Shown here piece after piece: positions 44,201 through 59,500 of a DNA stretch of 64,000 bases (positions are counted from its first letter, which is position 1; the number at the start of each line of letters is the position of its first letter). Under the pieces are notes generated by a model. It was given only the letters and a program-made list of their open reading frames with translations. It did not search any database and was not told the DNA's origin. The DNA comes from Macrostomum lignano (taxonomy: Eukaryota): contig NIVC01001049.1 in assembly GCA_002269645.1 (NCBI GenBank), positions 62,001 to 126,000 of the forward strand. The letters are read 5' to 3'. The position numbers were made by a program, and so were the translations under genes.

Positions 44201-47200
44201 GGAAAGACGATGCCGGGCACCGGGCGCGGGTTGTTCAGGTAGAATTTGCGCTGGTGCAGCGAGATGATGTGCTGGAAGGCCAGGCACACCACGATGGCCA
44301 TGTACTGGATGATGTACGAGAAGAACTCGCCGTCAGCGGCCACGAAGAAGCCGAAGTACTTGGCGTTGTTCACCATTCGCGTGGGCAGATAGGTGGCGTT
44401 CGAGCCCTTCTCCGGCGGGGTCAGGTCCGACTGCGGGCGGCGGTGTCAGGATCCGCAAAGTGTCAGATGTCAGTGGTGTCATGGGCAGGGGTGTCAGAGA
44501 GGTCAGTGGTGCCAGTGGTGTCATGGGCAGGAGTGTCAGATGTCAGAGGTGTCAGAGGTCAGTGGTGTCAGAGGTCAGTGGTGTCAGATGTCAGTGGTGT
44601 CATGGGGCAGTGGTGTCAGAGGTCAGTGCTGTCACAGAGGTCAGTGGTGTCAGAGGTCAGTGGTGTCCCAGGTCAGTGGTGTCACAGAGGTCAGTGGTGT
44701 CAGAGGTCAGTGGTGTCCCAGGTCAGTGGTGTCACAGAGGTCAGTGGTGTCAGAGGTCAGTGGTGTCACAGAGGTTAGTGATGTCACAGAGGTCAGTGGT
44801 GTCAGAGGTCAGCGGTGTCACAGAGGTCAGTGATGTCACAGAGGTCAGCGGTGTCACAGAGGTCAGTGGTGTCACAGAGGTCAGTGGTGTCACAGAGGTC
44901 AGTGGTGTCACAGAGGTCAGTGATGTCACAGAGGTCAGTGATGTCACAGAGGTCAGTGGTGTCAGAGAGGTTAGCGGTGTCACTCACGGTGCAGTTGGTG
45001 ACGACCTGCCTATCAATGGCGGTGTGCACGAGCCCCAGCTGGTAGATCATTTTGCCTAGGATGAGGAAGGCGCTCCAGAACAGGTAGAGGACGGACACGA
45101 TGTCCGGCGCGACCAGGTAAAGCGGCAGCAAGACGATGTAGAAGAAGTTGGCGGCCTCGTACTGCAGGGAGAAAAATGCCGAGTTGAAAATGCAAAAAAA
45201 CTATAAACTGGAGGGGCGGTGTCAGATGTCAGGAAGGGCGGTGTCAGATGTCAGGAAGGGCGGTGTCAGATGTCAGGAAGGGCGGTGTCAGATGTCAGGA
45301 AGGGCGGTGTCAGATGTGGGGAGGGGCAGTGTCAGATGCTAGGGAAAGGCGGTGTCAGATGTCAGGAAGGGCGGTGTCAGATGCTAGGGAGGGGCGGTGT
45401 CAGATGTAGGGAGGGGCGGTGTCAGATGCTAGAGAGGGGCGGTGTCAGATGTCAGGAGGGGCGATGTCAAATATCAGGAGTAGCGGTGTCAAACGTCAGG
45501 AAGGGCGGTGTCAGATGCTAGGGAAGGGCGGTGTCAGATGCTAGGGAAAGGCGGTGTCAGATGCTAGGGAAAGGCTGTGTCAGATGTCAGGAGGGGCGAT
45601 GTCAAATATCAGGAGTAGCGGTGTCAAATATCAGGAAGGGCGGTGTCAGATGCTAGGGAAAGGCGGTGTCAGATGCTAGGGAAGGGCGGTGTCAGATGCT
45701 AGGGAAGGGCGGTGTCAGATGTGGGGAGGGGCGGTGTCAGATGCTAGGGAGGGGCGGTGTCAGATGTGAGGAGGGGGCGGTGTCAGCGGCGGGGGAGGGG
45801 CGGTGTCAGATGCTAGGGAGGGGCGGTGTCAGATGCTAGGGAGGGGCGGTGTCAGATGCTAGGGAGGGGCGGTGTCAGATGTGGGGAGGGGCGGTGTCAG
45901 ATGTTAGGGAGGGGCGGTGTCAGATGCTAGGGAAGGGCGGTGTCAGATGCTAGGGAAAGGCGGTGTCAGATGCTAGGGAGTGGCGGTGTCAGATGCTAGG
46001 GAGGGGCGGTGTCAGATGCTAGGGAGGGGCGGTGTCAGATGCTAGGGAGGGGCGGTGTCAGATGCTAGGGAGTGGCGGTGTCAGATGCTAGGGAGTGGCG
46101 GTGTCAGATGTGGGGAGGGGCGGTGTCAGATGTGGGGAAGGGCGGTGTCAAATGTCAGGAAGGGCGGTGTCAGATGCTAGGGAAGGGCGGTGTCAGATGC
46201 TAGGGAAAGGCGGTGTCAGATGCTAGGGAAAGGCTGTGTCAGATGTCAGGAGGGGCGATGTCAAATATCAGGAGTAGCGGTGTCAAATATCAGGAAGGGC
46301 GGTGTCAGATGCTAGGGAAGGGCGGTGTCAGATGCTAGGGAAGGGCGGTGTCAGATGTGGGGAGGGGCGGTGTCAGATGCTAGGGAGAGGCGGTGTCAGA
46401 TGTGAGGAGGGGGCGGTGTCAGCGGCGGGGGAGGGGCGGTGTCAGATGCTAGGGAGTGGCGGTGTCAGATGCTAGGGAGGGCGGTGTCAGATGCTAGGGA
46501 GGGGCGGTGTCAGATGCTAGGGAGGGGCGGTGTCAGATGCTAGGGAGTGGCGGTGTCAGATGCTAGGGAGGGGCGGTGTCAGATGCTAGGGAGGGGCGGT
46601 GTCAGATGCTAGGGAGGGGCGGTGTCAGATGCTAGGGAGGGGCGGTGTCAGATGCTAGGGAGGGGCGGTGTCAGATGCTAGGGAGGGGCGGTGTCAGATG
46701 CTAGGGAGGGGCGGTGTCAGATGCTAGGGAGGGGCGGTGTCAGATGCTAGGGAGGGGCGGTGTCAGATGCTAGGGAGTGGCGGTGTCAGATGCTAGGGAG
46801 GGGCGGTGTCAGATGTTAGGGAGGGGCGGTGTCAGATGCTAGGGAGGGGCGGTGTCAGATGCTAGGGAGGGGCGGTGTCAGCAGCAGGTCAGAGGCTCAC
46901 ATTTCCGGCATCGGTGGGGCGGGTTGCGGTGCAGACAATGACCAGGCCGGCCGCCTTATACCAGTGCACCTCCAGAAAGCGCCACAGCGTAGGCGAGAAT
47001 TTCTTCGAATAGAGCGAGTAGAAGGCGTTGGCCTTCACAATCAGGGCGTTGAGGTCCTTGCGGATCACTGCGGGTAGAGTGGAAGGTCGGGGGTTCGAGT
47101 ATTGTTTCTTCTATAGCATGCGGTATTCATATAAGTAGTATGTGTACCAAGATTCTGGATCAGTTAATAATAATACAGTATAATATCCATAAATTTACGT

Positions 47201-50200
47201 TTTGTCTGTCTCAGCACGGCATTCTCGTACAATTGAGTCTTGAGCAGCGCTGCAATGTGTACAGGGTGGGAGGGTGAGTGCAATTAGTGACAAACAATAA
47301 AATAGTTATTGCAACACGCAATGCGGAATGGGGTTCCCCAGAATGCGCTGATCTTAAGAACCAGGTTACCACAATCTACAGTCACACAGAATTAGGTGCC
47401 CGCCAGACTCCCCAGACTCCCCAGACTCCGCAGGTCCCCAGACTCGCCCAGACTCCACAGGTCCCCAGACTCCCGCAGACTCCACAGGTCCCCAGACTCC
47501 CCAGACTCCACAGGTCCCCAGACTCCCCCAGACTCCACAGGTCCCAGACTCCACAGGTCCCCAGACTCCCCCAGATTCCACAGGTCCCCAGACTCGCCCA
47601 GACTCCACAGGTCCCCAGACTCCCCCAGATTCCACAGGTCCCCAGACTCGCCCAGACTCCACAGGTCCCCAGACTCCCCCAGACTCCACAGGTCCCCAGA
47701 CTCCACAGGTCCCCAGACTCCACAGGTCCCCAGACTCCCCCAGATTCCACAGGTCCCCAGACTCGCCCAGACTCTACAGGTCCCCAGACTCGCCCAGACT
47801 CCACAGGTCCCCAGACTCCACAGGTGCCCAGACTCCACAGGTCCCCAGACTCCCCAGATTCCACAGGTCCCAGACTCCCCCAGATTCCAAAGGTCCCCAG
47901 ACTCGCCCAGACTCCACAGGTCCCCAGACTCGCCCAGACTCCACAGGTCCCCAGACTCCACAGGTCCCCAGACTCCCCAGATTCCACAGGTCCCCAGACT
48001 CCACAGGTGCCCAGACTCCACAGGTGCCTAGACTCCACAGGTGCCCAGACTCCCCACACTCCGCAGGTGCCCAGACTCTCCGCAGCCACTCACTCCGCCG
48101 CAGCGCAGCAGTCTTGGAGTTGAAGGCTCCGCCTGCCCGCTTGCCAGCTGCGCCGCCGCCGGAGGCCGCGGTCGCGGGGTCCTCAAAATCGTCCTCGATC
48201 TCGGATTCGCGGCCGGCCGCCGCCGTCATCTCGACGTCAACTTCGATGGGCCGCTCGATGGAGCTGGGCGGGGCCGGCTGCAGCTGCTGGATGGGCTGCT
48301 CGGTGGCCGAGGGGTCCAGGTCCGGCTGCATGTTGGACAGCTGCAGGAAAGTCTTGTGGAAGTTCTTCACGTGGATCATGATCACGATGATGAAGGAGGT
48401 GGGAACAGCAGGTTGAGGAAGAGCTGCGGAGTCTCGTACTTCTCGATGCCGATCTCCTTCAGGCTGCAATGGATCGGGGGCAAATCTGCCGCTAGCTGAC
48501 ATTGTAAATCTGCCGCTAACTACAGATGCAGATTTCAAATCTGCCGCTAACTACAGATGCAGAGATGCCAAAACTGCCGCTAACTACAGATGCAGAGATG
48601 CCAAATCTGCCGCTAACTACAGATGCAGAGATGCCAAAACTGCCGCTAACTACAGATGCAGAAATGCCGAAACTGCCGCTAACTACAGATGCAGAGATGC
48701 CAAATCTGCCGCTAACTACAGATGCAGAGATGCCAAAACTGCCGCTAACTACAGATGCAGAGATGCCAAAACTGCCGCTAACTCCAAATGCAGAGATGCC
48801 AAAACTGCCGCTAACTACAGCTGCAGAGATGCCAAAAATGCCGCTAACTACAGATGCAGAGATGCCAAAAATGCCGCTAACTACAGATGCAGAGATGCCA
48901 AAAATGCCGCTAACTACAGATGCAGAGATGCCAAAAATGCCGCTAACTACAGATGCAGAGATGCCAAAAATGCCGCTAACTACAGATGCAGAGATGCCAA
49001 AAATGCCGCTAACTACAGCTGCAGAGATGCCAAAAATGCCGCTAACTACAGATGCAGAGATGCCAAAAATGCCGCTAACTACAGATGCAGAGATGCCAAA
49101 AATGCCGCTAACTACAGCTGCAGAGATGCCAAAAATGCCGCTAACTACAGATGCAGAGATGCCAAAACTGCCGCTAACTACAGATGCAGAGATGCCAAAA
49201 ATGCCGCTAACTCCAGATGCAGAGATGTCAAAACTGCCGCTAACTACAGATGCAGAGATGTCAAATCTGCCGCTAACTACAGATGCAGAGATGCCAAAAC
49301 TGCCGCTAACTACAGATGCAGATATTTCAACAAACTGGCAAACAGCTAAGTATAAATAAAACCAGGATTTCCAGCCGCAGCAAGCAACTCACGTGGCTGG
49401 CTGAATGCCTGTCAGCCTGGTAATGAACTCGGGCACGCTCTGGAACTGGTAGGCGTAGATGAGCAGCAGGGTGAGCATGGAGTAGAGCATGATGCCCCAG
49501 AAGCAGACAATCAGCTGCCGGCGCCAGAACCCGTAGAACAGCTGCGAGGCGCGAAAAGAATGGGCGATGACCGTTGGATTAACTTCCTGTGTACTCAAGC
49601 TGCACTAGGCTACACAGTTTGTTCTTAATGTTAGCCTGTCACTCTTTAGAATAGCCTGTCACTCTTTAGAATAGCCTGTCACTCTTTAGAATAGCCTGTC
49701 ACTCTTTAGAATAGCCTGTCACTCTTTAGAATAGCCTGTCACTCTTTAGAATAGCCTGTCACTCTTTAGAATAGCCTGTCACTCCTCAGGATAGTCTGTC
49801 ACTTTTTAAGACAGCCTGTTACTGATTTGTAATAAGGATAGCCTGTCACTGCTTTGTATTCAGGATGCGCATTGCCAGCATTCACAAGCCTCATCACAAT
49901 CAAAATGAGCTCACCCTGAACGTGATGATGAAGTACAGGAAGATGGCCATCACAATGATATGGGAGATGTTGACAACCGAGCGTGAGCACATGAGCACCC
50001 AGAAGGTGCAGCAGATGATCAATGAGTACTTGGACATGACCTCGATGATCAGAGTCTCCATGGTCTTGCGGCGCCGCCGGTGCAAGGAATGGCCGCGAAG
50101 GTGGTACAGTTCGAGCGCGGCCCGGGTGTCGTGGCTGACGCCCTGCCGCCTCTCGGACAGGAAAGTCCACAGCGTGAAGTAGAACACGCAGCAGAAGGTC

Positions 50201-52076
50201 AGCTGAGCGGCGAATGTCAGCATGGGCGCCTCGTACACCTGAGCGGGATTGGGTGTCGGGTAGACTGTGAAAGACAGTAGGGTAGTGCAAGAGACTAAGT
50301 AGAGTGTGAGGGAGATTGGGGAGTAGAGTGTGAAGGAGAGTTGGGAGTAGAGTGTGAGGGAGAGTGGGGAGTAGAGTGTGAAGGAGAGTGGGGAGTAGAG
50401 TGTGAGGGAGAGTGGGTAGTAGAGTGTGAGGGAGAGTGGGGAGTAGAGTGTGAAGGAGAGTGGGTAGTAGAGTGTGAGGGAGAGTGGGTAGTAGAGTGTG
50501 AGGGAGAGTGGGGAGTAGAGTGTGAAGGAGAGTGGGTAGTAGAGTGTGAGGGAGAGTGGGGAGTAGAGTGTGAGGGAGAGTGGGGAGTAGAGTGTGAAGG
50601 AGAGTGGGGAGTAGAGTGTGAGGGAGAGTGGGTAGTAGAGTGTGAGGGAGAGTGGGTAGTAGAGTGTGAGGGAGAGTGGGGAGTAGAGTGTGAGGGAGAG
50701 TGGGGAGTAGAGTGTGAAGGAGAGTGGGGAGTAGAGTGTGAGGGAGAGTGGGTAGTAGAGTGTGAGGGAGAGTGGGTAGTAGAGTGTGAGGTAGAGTGGG
50801 TAGTATAGTGTGAGGGAGAGTGTGAGGGAGAGTGGCGAGTAGAGTGAGGGAGAGTGTGAGGGAGAGTGGGAGTAGTGTGAGGGAGAGTGGGGAGTAGAGT
50901 GTGAGGGAGAGTGGGTAGTAGAGTGTGAGCGAGAGTGTGAGCGAGAGTGGCGAGTAGAGTGAGGGAGAGTGTGAGGGAGAGTGGGCAGGCTAAGGTCGCA
51001 CCTGCAGTCCGATCTGAGCAAAGGAGGACTGATTCCGCCTGGCCAGGTAGATCTCGGGCAGGTTGAAGTTGAAGGCATAGTTGGCCAGCAGCAGGCCGGT
51101 GGAGTACACCACCAGCAGCGGCGACAGGCCCAGCGTGAACCTCCGGGTGCCGGGCGACAGCCAGAGCAGGCAGGAGAGCAGCAGGAACGGCAGGGTGCAA
51201 AACGACACGTAGGTGACGCTCCAGGCCATCATGCTGACCAGGGTGAGGATGTAGCTGGCGCCCATGAGGAACTGGCGCAGTCTGAGGAACATCTTCACCA
51301 GCGGGTCGCTCAGGGTGTACAGCAGCCAGGTCAGCTTGGCCTCGTGCTGCACTGTCGAGCTCTCCAGCGACGGAGCTCGGGCGGGTGGCGGCGGCGGCGG
51401 AGGCGGTAAGTGGGGAAGAGCGGCGGAGGTCGCAGCGCCGACGGCGGGTTCGTCCTGAGTCGACGCGGCCGCAGAGAAGCCGGCGTCGGAGGCGGCGTCG
51501 CAGACGCTGTTTGCAGCGGCGGCGGCGGCAGCAGCTGCGGCGGCCCCCCGGGGCGGCATGGAGAGCAGCGCCAGCGGTTCCGAGGTGGTGCGGCGCGGGC
51601 CCTGGTGCTGCAGCGGGATCGACTCGGTAGGAAAGGGAGCGTCGATCAGGCACTGCTCAGGATAATAGGAGAAAGAGATGGGATCTGACTGAGATGGGGA
51701 GATCTCGGAGCAGGCGGGTCGGGTTGAAAACTATTAACAATAGATAAGCCAAACACCGATAAACACTGGACAGCATCCGGAGCTCCACCTGCTGGAGTTC
51801 AGCCCAATCTGCTGAGTTCAATGCCCAGAGCAATAAATATGCGAGTTTCTATAAAGCTTAAATAAAAACTTGGAGACCATTTTCTTAACCATGAAAATGC
51901 TGCATCGAGATATGAAAATATAGCATTATGGTTTGGTACAGCTGAGCACCTGTGAGGAAGAGCAGCGGCCAAATTAAAAATGCTCAATAAATATGCTTAT
52001 CGACAGACAGACAAACACTAAGACAGGCAGACAGACAGACAGACAGACAAACACACACTAAGACAGACAGACAGAC

Positions 52077-52137
<61 letters not shown>

Positions 52138-52300
52138 GACAGACAGACAGACAGGCAGACAGACAGACAGACAGACAGACAGGCAGACAGACAAACGCAC
52201 ACTAAGACAGACAGACAGACAGACAGACACACACTAAGACAGACAGCCAGAAAGACAGGCAGACAGCCAGACAGACAGGCAGACAGACAAACACACACTA

Positions 52301-52349
<49 letters not shown>

Positions 52350-55300
52350 CACACTAAGACAGACAGCCAGAAAGACAGACAGACAGCCAGACAGACAGAC
52401 AGACAGACAGACAGCAAGGCAGACAGCCAGACAGGCAGGCAGACAGCCAGACAGACAGGCAGACAGGCAGACAGACAGGCAGACAGACAGACAGACAGGC
52501 AGACAGGCAGACAGACAGGCAGACAGACAGACAGGCATGCAAGTATAGCAATATGGCAATCACAAACGAGCCATAGAGAAGTCTGCATCCAGTATAAGCT
52601 ACAATGAAATGAGCAACCTTAAGTAATAAACCATAAACTGAAGTCGCATTCCAAGAAAACTTGTACATATTGAGATATGCAAAAATTGATAATCCTATAT
52701 ACTAAAAATCTATCTAGTATAAACTAAACGTAAAATTGAAATAATAAATGGCATAAAAAGATTTTATAAATGAAAGCGCGCGGCGCAGAGTTTGGCACCG
52801 GGCAATGGCGCCGCAGGGAGATGCTACTCACGGAGTATTTGCGCTCGAGAGCGCGAGCTTTCCTACTGAGCTGCAATCGGGACGGGCGGGGAAACGAATT
52901 CAGCCTGCGGCGGTTCTCAACTGAGCGCATCACAACACAGCAGCTGGGCTTTGGGTTAAACAGACAGGGGTTAGCGGTGACAACGGCTTCTAGCATGAAA
53001 TGCAGTGATTGGCGGCTGCTTCACACTGAAACCCGTATGCCCAGCAACTGGAGATCTGGGAGGCTGGCCCAGCAACTGGGCATCTAGGAAGCTGGCCCAC
53101 CAACTGGAGAACTGGGAGGCTGGCCCAGCAACTGGGCATCTGGGAAGCTGGCCCACAAACTGGAAATCTGGGAGGCTGGCCCAGCAACTAGGGATCTAGG
53201 ACTAGAGGTTGGCCCAGCAACTTGGGATCTGAGAGGCTGGCCCAGCAACTGGGGATCTGGGACTGGGAGGCTGGCCCAGCAACTGGGGATCTGGGACTGA
53301 GAGGCTGGCCCAGCAACTGGGGATCTGGGACTGGGAGGCTGGCCCAGCAACTGGGGATCTGGGACTGGGAGGCTAGCCCAGCAACTGGGCATCTGGGAGG
53401 CTGGTCCAGCAACTGGAGATCTGGGAGGCTGGCCCAGCAACTGAAGATCTGGGACTGAGAGGCTGGCCCAGCAACTGGGGATCTGGGACTGGGAGGCTGG
53501 CCCAGCAACTAGGGATCTGGGACTGGAGGTTGGCCCAGTAACTTGGGATCTGAGAGGCTGGCCCAGCAACTGGGGATCTGGGACTGGGAGGCTGGCCCAG
53601 CAACTAGGGATCTGGGAGGCTGGCTCAGCAACTGGGGATCTGGGACTGGGAGGCTGGCTCAGCAACTAGGGATCTGGGACTGGAGGTTGGCCCAGCAACT
53701 TGGGATCTGAGAGGCTGGCCCAGCAACTGGGGATCCGGGACTGGGAGGCTGGCCCAGCAACTAGGGATCTAGGACTGGAGGTTGGTCCAGCAATTTGGGA
53801 TCTGAGAGGCTGGCCCAGCAACTGGGGATCTGGGACTGAGAGGCTGGCCCAGCAACTGGAGATCTGGGAGGCTGGCCCAGCAACTGGAGATCTGGGAGGC
53901 TGGCCCAGCAACTTGGGATCTGAGAGGCTGGCCCAGCAACTGGGGATCTGGGACTGAGAGGCTGGCCCAGCAACTGGAGATCTGGGAGGCTGGCCCAGCA
54001 ACTGGAGATCTGGGAGGCTGGCCCAGCAACTTGGGATCTGAGAGGCTGGCCCAGCAACTGGGGATCTGGGACTGGGAGGCTGGCCCAGCAACTGGGGATC
54101 TGGGACTGGGAGGCTGGCCCAGCAACTGGGGATCTAGGAGGTTGGCCCAGCAACTGGGGATCTAGGAGGTTGGCTCAGCAACTGGGGATCAGGTGTAATA
54201 ATGGACAAACCAGAAAACTAAGTATGTATAAGGTGATGTTAAAACACCATGATATAAGCTCTAGTCATTATCAAATTAAACATCAAGTGCTGCCCAGTTT
54301 CAATAAACAGAAGCGGTTAGAAGCCACTACTGAACTGACTGCGCTAGCGCACAGAGACCAGTAGACAACACTGATGAGCTGAAGTACGCAGCAATTAGCA
54401 CAGCAAATTTATGAATTCTGAATTAGGACACAGCTGGGTCGCTGACTAAAGCAGTGCTCAGACACTGAAACAAATGTGCAACGGAGAGGCGGCAGCGAAG
54501 CAGGAGATTAGCAACACGATTTGTTTACCTTGGTTACAGAAATCAAAGTTGGAAACAAAACAGCTATTAGTCATTCTCGTTAAAAGGGGGGGCTTGGTTG
54601 GTTTCTTCAGTAACCATGGCAACGCAACAAACCTCTGTCGGAGGCTGGGCGGGGGCCGGCAGCAGCGGGTGGGCGGCGGCCGCCGACTTGCCGACCGACC
54701 CGTGGCAGTGGGCGGCGGGGCTCTGGAAGGCCGGGGGCGGGCGCTTTCTGCTTGCTTCTAGGAGACAGGCAATACCAACGGCGCGGCATTAATTAACAAA
54801 TATAATGAGCATAGCAACCAGTAACCGGGGCGATAAAAGACTCAATAAAGATAAAATCAATATATTAGAGCATCTCAATGCCAGACCACACCGACCTTTG
54901 TTGCGCCACCTGAGGAATTGCAGTTATGAAGGAGCAGCTGGTTAATAAAGTCGCAAAGCAGCTCAGGCCAGGAAACTCCGACAGTCTCAGGCAAACCAAT
55001 CGAAGGTTAACATTTTAGTTTAAAAAAGAAGATTAGCAAACAAACTGACAGGCGCTAAATGATAAAAGTGCAAACAGAACTGTGCAGTTATTGATTGATT
55101 TATTGGCATTGGCATTGGCCCGGTGCCAGCGCGCGCGAGCGGCCTCACCATTGGTTCGCTGCTGAAGTCGCCAGCCTGATGCATGTCCACAGTCAGGATG
55201 CTTTTGTACTGCGTTGGATTGGTTGGGAAAGCGGCGAGTGAGAGGCGGGCGCGATGGGTGCGAGTTCGCAAGCGGTGCGTCAACAGCGTATTGCGGTGGT

Positions 55301-55912
55301 GAAGCGCTTTAAAGCTTGCGGAACTGGGGGACTAGCGCCACTGTGACAGGGATGGCGCCACTGTGACAGGGATGGCACCACTGTAACAGGCATGGCGCCA
55401 CTGTAACAAGAATGGCGCCACTGTGACAGGGATGGCGCCACTGTAACAGGGATGGTGCCACTGTAACAGGGATGGCGCCACTGTAACAGGGATGGCGCCA
55501 CTGTAACAGGGACGGCGCCACTGTAACAGGGGCTTCGGTTCTACCAAACAGTGGAATGGAGGCTCACTAACAGACTCGCACATGCGATGTGCCTTCAAAA
55601 CACAAAAGCAAGCGCTGGCAGAAGCCCTAAGCTAACACTGACAATTATCATGAACTCAATGCGCTGAGACAGAGTGTGGCTCATGTTTAGTAATACATAT
55701 AACATATTATAATACGAGTAATAGCCATAACAGTTTGCTATTTGCGCGTTCGGTAGGAATATCATACATGCATGCGGACAGGGCTGGCAGACAGACAGAC
55801 AGACAGGCAGACACTAAGACAGACACTAAGACAGACAGACAGACAGACACTAAGACAAACAGACAGACAGACAGACAGACATACAGACAGACAGACAGAC
55901 ACTAAGACAGAT

Positions 55913-55979
<67 letters not shown>

Positions 55980-56052
55980 CAGACAGACAGACAGACAGAC
56001 ACAGACAGACAGACAGACAGGCACAGACAGACAGACAGACACTAAGACAGAC

Positions 56053-56119
<67 letters not shown>

Positions 56120-56130
56120 CTAAGACAGAC

Positions 56131-56173
<43 letters not shown>

Positions 56174-56184
56174 CTAAGACAGAC

Positions 56185-56227
<43 letters not shown>

Positions 56228-56238
56228 CTAAGACAGAC

Positions 56239-56301
<63 letters not shown>

Positions 56302-56316
56302 GGCAGACAGACAGAC

Positions 56317-56407
<91 letters not shown>

Positions 56408-56418
56408 CTAAGACAGAC

Positions 56419-56469
<51 letters not shown>

Positions 56470-56480
56470 GGCAGACAGAC

Positions 56481-56565
<85 letters not shown>

Positions 56566-59500
56566 GGCAAACGTAATAAACCCAATCAGGCAATCAGTAC
56601 AACTGCAATACAAAGCATGGCCTGCGCCCCACCCAACAGACACACAGTGGGATCGCACAGACAGCCAGGGACAGAAACCGTGAGCATCGGGCAGCGGGCA
56701 CTCACATCTGCTCTGTAGGGTCCCCGATCGTGCAAGTAGATCTGCAGCGCCAGATAAAAATAGAATACTAGGATGAGCAGCGGAGAGGCGAACTCAGACG
56801 TGCTAATAGTGTTGGCGAAGTGCACCTGGGCAGACGAGCAGTTGGACTGGATCAGGTAGTGCAGGCCTAGCAGCCTGGGTGAATTGACCATAATGGGATG
56901 CGGCAATGGCATTATTAATTGGCTTCGTTTATGCGAGTAAACACCTGCTTTTGAACTCAGCGACTCTCGTGCTAGTTTTGGGACAGACAGACATCTGTCT
57001 ATTAGGGATGTTTAGGGGCGATTCTCATGCCTGTTTAGGGGCGATTCTCATGCCTGTTTAGGGGCGATTCTCATGGCTGTTTAGGGGCGATTCTCATGCC
57101 TGTTTAGGGGCGATTCTCATGCCTGTTTAGGGGCGATTCTCATGCCTGTTTAGGGGCGATTCTCATGCCTGTTTAGGGGCGATTCTCATGCCTGTTTAGG
57201 GGCGATTCTCATGGCTGTTTAGGGGCGATTCTCATGCCTGTTTAGGGGCGATTCTCATGCCTGTTTAGGGGCGATTCTCATGCCTGTTTAGGGGCGATTC
57301 TCATGCCTGTTTAGGGGCGATTCTCATGCCTGTTTAGGGGCGATTCTCATGGCTGTTTAGGGGCGATTCTCATGCCTGTTTAGGGGCGATTCTCATGGCT
57401 GTTTAGGGGCGATTCTCATGCCTGTTTAGGGGCGATTCTCATGCCTGTTTAGGGGCGATTCTCATGCCTGTTTAGGGGCGATTCTCATGGCTGTTTAGGG
57501 GCGATTCTCATGGCTGTTTAGGGGCGATTCTCATGCCTGTTTAGGGGCGATTCTCATGCCTGTTTAGGGGCGATTCTCATGCCTGTTTAGGGGCGATTCT
57601 CATGCCTGTTTAGGGGCGATTCTCATGCCTGTTTAGGGGCGATTCTCATGCCTGTTTAGGGGCGATTCTCATGCCTGTTTAGGGGCGATTCTCATGCCTG
57701 TTTAGGGGCGATTCTCATGCCTGTTTAGGGGCGATTCTCATGGCTGTTTAGGGGCGATTCTCATGGCCTGTTTAGGGGCGATTCTCATGCCTGTTTAGGG
57801 GCGATTCTCATGCCTGTTTACAGAGTATTCTCATATCTTTAAGGGGGCCAGCTCCCAGCTCAGAAGGCGCTGGCGCACCTGGCAGTCGTGGAATTGGCCC
57901 GCAGCCCTCGAATTTCTGTGACGCCGGGAACTGGTACAGGAAGATGCTGGCCAGGTGGCAAGCCGTGTACAGCGCCAGCCAGCGACGCTGCCAGCGGAGG
58001 CCGCGCCGGCGAAAGTGCAGCCGGCCGGCAGTCCAGAGCAGCGCCGCCAGCAGGAAGGACAGCAGGTAGACGCTGGACAAGAGGCAGGGCAGGCAGATCG
58101 CGGCTGTGCACATGAGCGCCAGGAACAGCACGAACATCAGCCAGTCGCCCATTCGCCGCAGGTTCCGCCTGTAGCCGTCCAGGACGCCGCAGTCCGGGCA
58201 GGCGTCGCCAACGGCGGCCGGGAAGAACTCGGCCCGGTGACGCCAGATGGCGCCGAACATGCCGGCCGACAGCAGCAGGGTGAGCGGCTCCGGGCACAGC
58301 AGCCTGGCGATGTGGTAGAACTCCGTCCGGTGCAGAGGCTGCAGCCCCACCTGCCGCCACAGCAGGTCCGCCTCGCCTGCGGTGGGGGGGAGAGTGACCG
58401 CTGGCCTGAGTCTGGCACGCCCGCCTGCGCGCTTCCAACTTAAATCTGGCCCGGACTCATCTATGCATCCCAAACCCACATCTATCCATTCCAAACCCGC
58501 ATCTATCCATCCCAAACCCACATCTATACATCCCAGACCCATATCTATCCATCTCAGAATTAAATCGATCCATATCATACCACATCTATCCATCTCAGAC
58601 CCTCATATTTAGATCATCTCAGATCTACATCTATCCATCCCAAACCCACATCTATCCATCCCAGACCCACATCATCCATCCCAGACCCACATCTATCCAT
58701 CCCAGACCCACATCTATTCATTCCAAACCCACATCTATCCATCCCAGACCCACATCTATCAATCTCAAACCCACATCTATCCATCCCAAACCCACATCTA
58801 TCCATCCCAGACCCACATCTATTCATTCCAAACCCACATCTATCCATCCCAGACCTACATCCATCAATCTCAAACCCACATCTACCCAACAACCCAGTGC
58901 CGGGTCTCACAGTCAGCAAGGATGCTGCCATACGGCGGGTGTGCGCCCAGCACAATCTGGAAAGCGACGTGGCAGAGGCTGAAGGAGGCGCTGCACACGA
59001 TGAGAGCCAGGTTGTAGGCCAGGAAGCAGCCTGGAAGTTCAGACACGGGGCGTAGCGCGGGGATCATTTGAGGTCTCAATGCTGGGATTTCAAGGCAGTC
59101 AAGTCAGTTAAGCAAGCCAGCAGTCATGCCGATTCAACTGGCACCCGAACACGCAAACTGATGCATGCGCAGACACGAGCTCACACAGGGTGTACTTTTG
59201 GAAATTGCCCTTCGTTTCTGCTGGTGGTCACGTGACAACTGGCTGGCTTCGGCCGATAGTGACTCGCCTGCAGGCTGTGGGGCCTCAACTGAGGCACCCC
59301 AACCCCAGTCACAAGCTGAACTCAACTGAGGCACCCCAACCCCAGTCACAAGTTGGACTCAACTGGGGCACCCCACCCTAGTCACAAGCTGAACTCAACT
59401 GAGGCACCCCAACCCCAGTCACAAGCTGAACTCAACTGGGGCACCCCGACCCCAGTCACAAGTTGGACTCAACTGGGGCACCCCAACCCCAGTCAAGAGT

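Noticed and set aside
38674-51688. Numerous plus-strand ORFs of 60-340 aa
   Set aside because: Antisense shadows of GC-rich Piezo exons. The same holds for plus-strand ORFs over RIOK3 and the ankyrin gene.
57005-57820. Interstitial telomeric repeat (TTAGGG in each unit)
   Set aside because: The hexamer is a single embedded word in a 23-bp unit, not a tandem telomeric tract.
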